DNA of 64,000 nucleotides, from positions 69,192,001 to 69,256,000 of the forward strand of contig OZ249436.1 of NCBI GenBank assembly GCA_965235115.1, in the 5' to 3' direction. Position numbers and translations under genes: made by a program. Source of the DNA: Laetmonice hystrix. Lineage: Eukaryota. The notes below the pieces were generated by a model that saw only the letters and a program-made list of their open reading frames with translations, ran no database searches and had not been told where the DNA came from. Positions 12,401-21,700 of this stretch are shown piece after piece; the first letter of the stretch is position 1; every line of letters begins with the position of its first letter.

Positions 12401-12570
12401 TGAACGGGTCGAGTTAGGGGTAGATTATCACGATACTCACTCTGAAGGAGTCGAGTTAGGGGTAGATTATCACGATACTCACTCTGAACGGGCCGAGTTA
12501 GGGGTAGATTCTCTGAACGGGCCGAGTTAGGGGTAGATTCTCTGAACGGGTCGAGTTAGGGGTAGACTAT
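9458..12570. repeat. 42-46-bp minisatellite (gaacgggtcgagttaggggtagattatcacgatactc[acac]actct), ~45-50 copies, split by a MITE
   Basis: Two blocks, 9458-10207 and 11188-12570; length variation confined to a short CA/CT-rich segment. Confidence 0.95.
10208..11187. mobile_element. Non-autonomous PIF/Harbinger MITE (980 bp) inserted in the minisatellite
   Basis: TIR AGGGGGGTTCACACTTTCACGATA...TATCGTGAAAGTGTGAACCCCCCT; TTA TSD at 10205-10207 and 11188-11190 (TWA is the Harbinger signature); interior built of ACGATAG/CTACGAC repeats with rough inverted symmetry. Confidence 0.9.
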
Positions 12571-12609
12571 CACAGTAAGGACACAGGCGGATGGAACACC
12601 TGGCCTTAA

Positions 12610-13216
12610 GGTGGGGTTCACATTGGTCGTCGACACCAGTTGTGTCGACAGATCTGATAAGATCAGAGACCCGCACGCGTTTATATTGAGCGAATCATTC
12701 CCGGGTCTCCAGTCGAAACAGCGGGCAGATAATGCAATCACCCCAGAGAAGCCATGAGGTGGCGCTGCGAATGGTCATGTGACGGTCGACGAGACCCTCT
12801 TCTTCATCAATTCATAGGCTTTCGTATTCTTTTCTCAGCCATCAAAAATAGCAATGATGGTGCCTTCCGCCCATGTTTCAATCAATTTCTCGATCTCATA
12901 GCATACGTACTCCAATTACTCGCACGGGTCGCCATGTTGCGTCACTGAACAGCTGATTGCTGATCTCGCGAGAATCTCAGCGAAGCACATCTCTCGGAGC
13001 GCCCCCTGGTGCACTATGTCGGCAAGCGAGCGTTCAGATTGATTTACCCGACATAAGTAGTCTACCGACATACTATGCCCCAAATTTACCCGATGTATCG
13101 GGGGCATGCGCGACGTAAGTTATGTCGGATGATTGTGTTCATATATACAGGTGGTCACCCGAAACAGCGGGTAGGCAATGATGGCGTCGGAACAAGCCTC
13201 CAATGTGAACGCGGGG
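12610..13216. mobile_element. Degenerate Harbinger-like MITE (~610 bp)
   Basis: TAA on both flanks; TTCACATTGG / CCAATGTGAA inverted pair, each 7 nt inside the ends; outer 7 nt mismatched. Confidence 0.5.
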
Positions 13217-15843
13217 TAAGATAGATAACGGGGGCCATTGTTGAGGGGATTACCAGAGCTTTCACGGCTCACTGTGCGGGTATTCCATCGGCATCAACTA
13301 GACAACTGCGAAATGGAATTTAAGGATCCCCTCATGTAATTGCGGATGGGGCCGGGGGATTGGAGTATTTTCCATTACGTTCCAGAAACCATGGCATGCA
13401 AACATGTACGACCCATGTTTCAGTGATTGAATTTGGTTGAGAGTTTTATATATTTGAGTCAGTGACCGGGAAGAATGGACACAAAAGTCAACAAGGGCAG
13501 GAATCAGCACTAAGGTGAAGCGCCAGTTGTTTATGTTGGGAAAAGTTAACGACATAGAAAGAAGGAGAAGGGTAGGTTGTTGTTGTTAATTTATTATATA
13601 CGAGGCATGGTCTCGGTGCACCTGTAGATTACATCCGTTTGTTGCATAGAGACGCCCGCCGCCCCTCGGGGTGGGAATTGAGCGCGGTAATTGTGACCGC
13701 TGCCTCCCACATGTTTTCTGGGGGGGTCACCTGAATGCCGAGCGCTGGTGGTTTCCGCCGCCAGGTGGCCAAACCGCCCCCCGCCTCAACTCCGGCGTCC
13801 TTCCGTGCTATAACAACACCTCCAATCAACGTGTCAGCCACCATGTGCCATTTCCCCTTCTCAGGTGTGAATCGATCCTTCTGCCTTCACCAAGGTTAAA
13901 AATTAGCTGTAATATGAGCGATTAGCTTTCCTTCAACTTGCCATAGGCTCCATTTAGATGTTACCTTTTTGACGAGGTATATGGTTGGGATGTGGCGCTC
14001 CATAATCTGCCTGGCAGTCGTATACAGTGGTGACAGAGGAACCCCTGTCTTTTCAAACCGCGTCAGTTTACCGCTTGTCACATAGTCAACGCCATTGACG
14101 TTTTGGCGATAAGCCTGCAGCGAATGGCGACCATGAACTGAAGCCAGCTCCCCAACCAGCCGCACCTGATGTGAACTTAAAAGGGTAATCGGTCATACCT
14201 CTTGACAATTGAACTTTAGGACGAAGTTACCATTGCTAGTGAATTGGAGATTCTGAAGTTAAAACTTGATCCATTCAGATATCTTTAGGAAAAGCTGATC
14301 TCTCGTACATCTTGGTAATTGTATACTTGCCGTGACAATGATTACGCTGAAAACGGTGCTTGAGTGTGAGGATGTGTGAATACGACCGGTCGGGGGTATT
14401 CCCATTTCCCCCATGGTAACTTCCCGACAAAATGTTTGGGCAGGGGTTCGGGTTAAGGTCAGGGACAGGTTTGGGATAATGTTTTTGGGATGTGTAGGGA
14501 CCGGGGTTAGGGATAAGGTCAGGGCGATGGATCTTGACTTTCGACCAAATTTCGTGGGGTTTAAGTTATTACGGGTCATGTACCCGGGTAGGAGAGATCA
14601 TAGGTGCTTGTTTGAAAGCTTGGCACACAAGGTAGTTTTAACAGAGAGGGAGTTCGGTGTGTTCTGTGTCCATGACAGCGTCGACCAGGAGGACGGTGTC
14701 GACAAGCTTGTTAGAATGATTGATTCCAAGTGCCGGGCGAGGGTCATAGCTCAGAGGACAACCACCCAGCTCCTCAGGGACCTGGGCCTCGTCTAAATAA
14801 ATATATAATAATGATATTGATTATGAGCATTTAGAGGAGAGGACATCACCCCAGGCTTGTCATTTATCCCTGTCTCTGTGATATACAACACTGACAGCTT
14901 ATAATATAGCACGCAGGTCACAGCGCCTTAAACAAAGCACAGATTTAAATACTCTGACGCCTTATACGGTTGACGTTATGAATATGGTTCGAGGGCAACC
15001 GATGGTGGCGCACGGGTAGGGGAGTGCGGGGGGGGGGGGCGTGGCGGGAGTCTGGGGAGGGTACCATCGGGAGCGGGTAACTACTCACACCCCACCCCGC
15101 CCACACCACACTCACCGGATGTGGCGTGGTGCCATAAAATGGTAGGTCCTTGTAGGGGAGTGATACCCTATCCCATACACACTGGTAATCACCACCTTGG
15201 AGAGAGCGGCTTGTTTTTATCTAGGGGTAAAACGGTAGAGCGTCAGTGGTTGCGTGCAGTGAGGTATGTAGAGTGCCAATGGTGCTAAGTGGAGCGATCG
15301 TGTGGAGAGTGTACTTCCTACATCCTACAGTCATTAGTCAGGCCCTACTGTGAGGTAAAATATAACCCACGCGCCTTTAGGATGTCCACGCAACATTTAT
15401 TATCCGTTAAACTCTTTTATTGGCTTTGTGACGAACACTTTACTGGCCGGGTCTAAGTTCCTGTTGACGGAATGAGTTTCCGGAATACTAAAAGCACTTT
15501 TCTTACCTCCAGTGAATGACACATCCACAGTTTGATGACGTCATGACGTCTAGGTACTCATGACTGGTAAAGAGGGGCCCCCAACGTCGCGTATGACATG
15601 TTCTCATTGGAAATCCTGAAAAACTCGGAAAATGATTCAGAGAAGTCATTGAAAACTCGTGAGTCAGGTCTACTTCCGGTGGTCGTGTGACCTTGAAATC
15701 AGGGCTGAAGGTCATGGGAAGCTGACAGAAAAGTCAAAGTATTTTATGCATAAATGTGCATTGTGACAGACATTCACATTTGCAAACTCAGCGGGAACCA
15801 GTTTGCTGGTTTGTTAACAACAATTTGTTGCCTTCTCTGGCAG

Positions 15844-15990
15844 GTGCACGCTGAAAGGGAGAGCAGCTACCAGGATCTTCACAGACTTCGTGAACTTCTG
15901 CGCAAAGACAAGCATAACTTAGCGGAGCACGAACGTGAACACAGCCGACTAAAACGGATCGGAGAGCGGAGTGACAGCCTGACTGCGTGA
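15844..15990 (+). CDS. Coiled-coil gene, alternative last exon A (VHAERESSYQDLHRLRELLRKDKHNLAEHEREHSRLKRIGERSDSLTA*)
   Basis: ccttctctggcag|GTG phase-0 acceptor; 147 nt to TGA; continues the helical sequence of exon 4229-4456. Confidence 0.75.
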   Translation: MHAERESSYQDLHRLRELLRKDKHNLAEHEREHSRLKRIGERSDSLTA

Positions 15991-16565
15991 CGTGGATGGT
16001 GGTCTTTAGTTTCTAGTCAGTGCATCATCGAGACCGATTGTCGGCTTACGTCTGCTAACAATCAATTCCAATACAAACATACCCTTTGTCCTTTCCACTT
16101 TGCAATTCGGAGGAATGGAGGGAACGTTTCAAAAATTATATTCTCGCGAATACGTGTGTTTGAGCGGACCGGATTTCCATTCACTCTACTGATAATTAAT
16201 TAATCTGCTAGATCTGTATGTTTGGAGATAATGTGCTGATGCTATGTTCTCTGTAATATTTGTAGTCATTCGCCACAACACTCCAACAATGTACCCCCAC
16301 AGCCTCGCATCTTCTTTGTTGTTGAACATGCATTACAAAACTAACCGCTGTGTAATAGATTAATAAAACTATTTTGATTAGTACTGCCAATATTATCATC
16401 GAAAGTACTAAAACGTATTAATATTACTACTTTAGAATATTCTAACAAATTATTCCAGCTTAGAATGAGACTACGAATACAATCAGTCTTGTACGAATTT
16501 GCATGAAGAGGTTTTCACCAATACTTATAAGTTCAGGGACCCATGTAGTTGGAAACAGATACCAG

Positions 16566-16691
16566 GGCCCAGTTCGTAAAAACTTAAGATCTTGCTTAAG
16601 CTTAACGCTTCTGATTGGCTGTTCGGACCAGACCAGCCAATCCGAAGCGTTATAAGCTTAAGCAAGATGTGAAGTTTTTACGAACTGGGCC
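16566..16691. mobile_element. 126-bp near-perfect hairpin MITE (Harbinger-type, CWG target)
   Basis: GGCCCAGTTCGTAAAAACTT...AAGTTTTTACGAACTGGGCC with CAG direct repeats at 16563-16565 and 16692-16694; the whole element folds back on itself; CCAAT boxes in both arms. Confidence 0.85.
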
Positions 16692-16973
16692 CAGCACTAT
16701 GAAGACGTTCCGAGTTCTCCCTGTAAGCTAACCGATATAGGCTGGAATCTGCTGACAGTCAGGCCAAAATCTAAATGCCATTGTTCTCGTATTATCTGGG
16801 CGGGGAGGAATGAAAACCAAAACCTCGTTAGTAGACTCCCACGTCAATCAAAGGCGCCGTCTGCCGTGGCATTAAGAGAGTAAGCGGAGACGAGTTCCAT
16901 CAGTGTGTATGGTGAGGACAGCTGCGACCACGTGTTAGTGCCGACCTTTTACCGCTGTCTTCTTGTCCTCCAG

Positions 16974-17120
16974 GTGCACGCCTCACGGGAGGAGACGTAC
17001 ATCAACCTCCATAAACACCGGCACGGGATGCGTGAAGATAAGTACAGCCTGCAGGAACACGAGCGTGAGCACTCGAGACTGCTACAGGTGGGCCGGGTGA
17101 CGGACGGCCGCCTGGTCTGA
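16974..17120 (+). CDS. Coiled-coil gene, alternative last exon B (VHASREETYINLHKHRHGMREDKYSLQEHEREHSRLLQVGRVTDGRLV*)
   Basis: tcttcttgtcctccag|GTG phase-0 acceptor; 147 nt to TGA; 24/48 aa identical to exon A. Confidence 0.75.
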   Translation: MHASREETYINLHKHRHGMREDKYSLQEHEREHSRLLQVGRVTDGRLV

Positions 17121-18152
17121 GCTCCTCCCCCCCGGCCGACCCCCGGACCCAACACCACCTGAGGACGGTGACAGGCTGGCAGGCAGCAGAGACGTTGTCA
17201 CGCCACTTGAACTCCCCTCTCGTCCTCCTGCTCCTCCCCGCTTGGTGCCCTTCGTATGTTGAGGAACAGCATTGACGTGAAGTGCAGGCGTATTGATATT
17301 TTGACTGTGATATTATTGTCCGCGTGTCCCACCACAGGCCGTTGTTTTCTATTTTTTATTGAATATCTATTGATGTGACACCGATCAAGATGTAAATAGA
17401 TATTATTCATGTAGATCGATATTATTCCTGATATCAAGAGACTTGTTTACATGTGAGGACAAAGATTGCCCCATGTCCATTATTTAATCACGAAGGTTTG
17501 TTGAGCCATTGAGGGTGTTTTACCTGAGGTCAGACAATTGTATTATAGTGTAGTTAAAATAAACGGAGAAAACTCCAGGGTTGGTGATGGCCGCTGCTAA
17601 CAGATTGGAAATACCAACGCTTTTGAATTTAAAAAAAATCTGGCGGCGGAAGACATTACTGTCAACGGCGCTTGTGACTGGCTGAAAAGTTGTTTGTGAT
17701 AAAATATTGGCGCTTTGATTATTAACCCCCCCCCCCCGCGAAGTAAGTCAAGATATTTATCCATTCCGCAACTGTGCCCTAACAGATGGGGGTTCTATCG
17801 CCCCATTATCGGATGTTACGAGGTCATCTTATACATTTGTATACAGTTTTATATATAGTAGGGCCGACATAATTATAGTGCATTTGTAAGCTGAATAAAC
17901 TTGGTCCTATGTTGGATTGTGTGATATATGCGGCACGGTTTCTTGTTTTGGTCGATCTTCGTGAAGAGATACCCCAAATCGCAGACCTTGTAAAATTTGG
18001 GTTTTTTACAACCTTTTGCCTTCTACGGATTCGTATATGGCTTGCCCGCCGCCGACATAGTTTTTCAAAGAAAGTCTGCTCCAAAAAGGTTGAAGCCATA
18101 CCCACTTCCACTTTGATGATAATTCTATGAGTAAAGCCACCTCCATACTTAA

Positions 18153-18626
18153 GGACAAGTGCTAATGTAAGGCCAAAAATCTTTTCCGAGACAGATCTTT
18201 TTTTAATTTTGCAGATAAACAGAGAATGTTCTCCTCTTTCAATATTCAGCAAAAAATGATACCTCATCAGGTTAGTTTGAGCTTTTGAAATTGGTATGTA
18301 TTATGTTGGTAATGGTAAATTGGTATGTTCGTCACCTACTTTTTTTCTAGCACTATTTGTCATAACACCATGGTGTTATGAAAAATAGAAGTGGTAAAAA
18401 AAGTTTGACTTTGAACATCTTCACTGTGGTGTAAATGAGCAAACAGTATATTATTAACATGACAAACATGCCAATTTCAAAAGCTCTTAACAAAAAAAAA
18501 CTAACCTGGTGAGGTAATCATTTTTTTTGCTGAATTTTGAAAGAGGAGAACATACTCCTGTTTATTTGCAAAATAAAAAAAAATAATCTGTCGAAAATTT
18601 TGTTGGCCTCACACTAACACTTGTCC
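18153..18626. mobile_element. Kolobok-type MITE (474 bp) with long imperfect TIRs
   Basis: TTAA|GGACAAGTG...CACTTGTCC|TTAA; a TTAA TSD with RR..YY termini fits Kolobok rather than piggyBac (CC..GG); arms extend to a central palindrome cataacaccatggtgttatg. Confidence 0.8.
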
Positions 18627-18637
18627 TTAAACCAGTA

Positions 18638-18780
18638 AGTCAGTTCCTTCCCGAAGGTCGGTGGTTTCCTCCGGGCACTCCGGTTTCCTCCACCAAGAAA
18701 AACTGACTTTCATCATCATCTTCACCGCCGTGATATGACCCTGGCTGTTGCAAGGCGTAAAACCCCAAATACCCTACCCC
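18638..18780 (+). mobile_element. 5'-truncated SINE with V-domain-like core
   Basis: GGTTTCCTCCGGGCACTCCGGTTTCCTCCACC matches the V-SINE conserved core as recalled; flanked by TSD ttaaaccagta (18627-18637, 18781-18791). Confidence 0.7.
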
Positions 18781-21700
18781 TTAAACCAGTACTTTGGCCC
18801 CAATACACCCGAATCTACGGTAAACATCGATATATAAATTAACAATTCGCACTAATTAGAAAACATGACAACCTTGAATATAGCTGAGATACACAATACA
18901 TGGTCTTGATGTACTTCAAGGACGCCGCTATTGAATCAGCCCACCTGTCACCCCGACCGCTCAACCAATCAGGTGGCGTTTCTTAATCGGAACTGAAAAC
19001 GTGGTACAACATAGGGAAGAGGCGGCTCGGCCTCACTCGTCAACGTTTTCAGTTATTATGAGGCGCACTAAAATTAGGAAACACCCAAAATGAGACGCAG
19101 GGACAACTTGTTAGCGTGTTTCCGTGTGACTAATGGCAATCGTCGCGAACACAGACGTATAATGCCTACTTGTGCAGCAGTGGGATGTACGGCCAGGTCT
19201 GGGCCGGGGGGCACGGGCAGGGCAGCAATAGAGAGGTTAAGATCCCCCCCCCCCCCGAGATCGAGACTGAGAACGAGGTGACGTCGGACGCCGGACGCCG
19301 TTCGTTGCGCAAATTTTCCGGTTAAGAAATTCGGCTCGACAACGAGACCGAGTTGACTATAGTTTGCTTGAGCAACGTTGAAACACAGCTCTGTGTGTGG
19401 AGCTGCGGGCAAAGTCGATTCGTTGGTTTGTTTCGCGCTGTTTTATATCAAAACCTTGCGTAAACAATGCCCAGTATATTAATAAGGGATTTAACATTAC
19501 TTTCTTAGAAAAACTAAGGTTAAAAGTGGAATTAAATCACCACGGAAATCACTTACGACTTTAATCACTCCACCACGTTGTCACGACCGAGTTGATCTCC
19601 AGCCGCGGTGGAAGCCCTCTGGGAATGATGACGTAGTCAACAAAAAGGGAATCGCCTCATTCTCGGTCTCGAACTGGGGGCGGATCTGAACCTCTCTGTT
19701 TTGACACCGGTGTCGTCACGCTCTGCACAGTAATGGCGCTGCGCGGATATCATTAAGATTGCGACAAAAAAGTGACCTAAACTCTCCAGCTTTATTTTGT
19801 CCACTTCGTAACTTTACCAGTCCGTTCTCACTATCATGACCAATGATCACAGGTATCGGGTAATATTCGGCAAAATACTTGTTTAATTTGGTTAAACTAT
19901 TTCGTTTATAAATGTCCTTGTCCGACTTTCTTTTCTCCTCCCTCCTGACTGATTGCAAAACTGAAAAATTACTTGTGGAATGTTTTATTTGCTGGAGACA
20001 GCTTGGGTAGTGTTTACTCTCAGATTTAAGGAATGCTTGTCAAAATTTAAGGGCAATGGCAACACGGATATTGAATTTGGCTGAGAAGGCTTGGGGTGAA
20101 TTGTCGAATCCTATACATTATAGCAGTGCTGCCTCTCTACGAACTCTGGATCATGAAAACCTGTATTTTTTGTGATCCAATTCACATTTAAACAGTCGCT
20201 CTTGTTCTCACTAAGTGGAATGACAGATTTGTGGAGTTCTTCCCTTCAGGTTTGAAATCCTGTCGACGTTAGGGAACCGCCTTGAAAGTAAGAGTTAAGG
20301 ACCCACGTAGAATCAAGCCGTATAGCGTGACATTCTAGAGGGCAATTCCGTCTTTTATCTGTGAAAACTTATACCTTCTATTACGCGGCGCGCGCGGGTT
20401 TCAAAGTGTTGTGTCCGCCTAAATGGTCAGTAAGAGTTAAAGCAAGCATCAAATGCATGGGTTGCCGGTAATTGAGAAACGGCACATAGAAAGAGCTCCA
20501 ACTCAGGCCAACAACCGCCTTCGGCTCTCTCTGGCCGACATAAAATACCGGCAAAATGCACTGGCTTCACTTGACTTCCAGCCCATCCAGGCTGGAGGGG
20601 TGGTTGGTGGCTGAACTATACAGAAAATGGTGGGAAGCCGAATCATCTCAGGCCGATCTCGTCTGACAGGACGGGCTGTGTGGAGACTTTGCGAGATTCG
20701 ACAGGGCGTCCGTTATTCAGAGTGCGCCACTCGGGACTACATCTTACGCTAGATTACGTCCGGGCCTGTCGGCCAATGAAAAGTGTCGTTGATAATGGCA
20801 CGCATGGCACCGATTGGTGGCGGCTGGAGAAACAAGACGTATTCGGAGGTCGTCCAAGAACCGACAGACACCAGATTGAGCTCTGACAGCACCAGCAGCT
20901 GTCAGCTTCCAAGTGGACGGAAACACGTTTCCACCCAGAGATCGTCTGTAAACCATGTCCGAATGACAAGACTTGTATTAAGCCACTGCCGTATATTACC
21001 CCCAATCCGATCCTGAGCAGATATCCTCGTGTACGTGTTCTGCGTTGTAAAGCATTTAACCCAACGTTATCTCACATGGCCCCTGATATACAAGTGGACA
21101 TCATCCACCTGCCCTAACTCAGAGACGGGCAGTATGGCAGGCATCGCCTTATTGAATTGTCGAGAAGATTACACGTAGTGAAGGGGTTTGATTCAAACTT
21201 ACTTATGTTTTTGTGATATAATAACACCTTTTAAAATGTTGTATATTCTAAAAAAATATGTCTCACATGTGTTGAACTGTCATCTGCCCTAGAAGTACAC
21301 ATATCCTAGTTTTAGAGCCCATGTATTTGTTTTGCCCGTTACAGCCCTCCGGCCTGTCATTACGACAGTTGTACGTTAAGGCACTCGTCCATTGTTAGAT
21401 ATGCCTGTTCTATGGTCGTCCTGCCAAGAACGTTCCAGGGCGCGTTCCAGTGGCTGTGGACGACTAGAAATTGTTGTTGACACCATGCAGTAAGCCGTGA
21501 CGTTCACAACTTTACAAGTTGTACCAGCTATTTGACGGGAGCTATACCCTGGTAATTGAATTAGCTTTGTTCAAACGGTTGGTTCACATTTTCATCCAGT
21601 AAGTTGTATAATAAGTGTGTGAAAATGTCGCATATTTTAGTGTATAATATCACAGTTTGTTTTGGTGTTCGTCGCGCATCATGCGAAAGTTCCCTTGGGG

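Noticed and set aside
9458-12570. CRISPR-like appearance of constant repeats with variable inserts
   Set aside because: Variable part is only 1-5 nt, there are no unique spacers or cas genes, and the context is eukaryotic.
13629-14165. Two protein-like minus-strand ORFs
   Set aside because: No recognisable motif or consistent splice sites; cannot distinguish from a TE relic or chance.
14440-14530. Telomere-like GGGTTAGGG tracts (also 48858-48890, 40553-40655)
   Set aside because: Short, degenerate and embedded in dispersed-repeat-like sequence; not true interstitial telomeric arrays.
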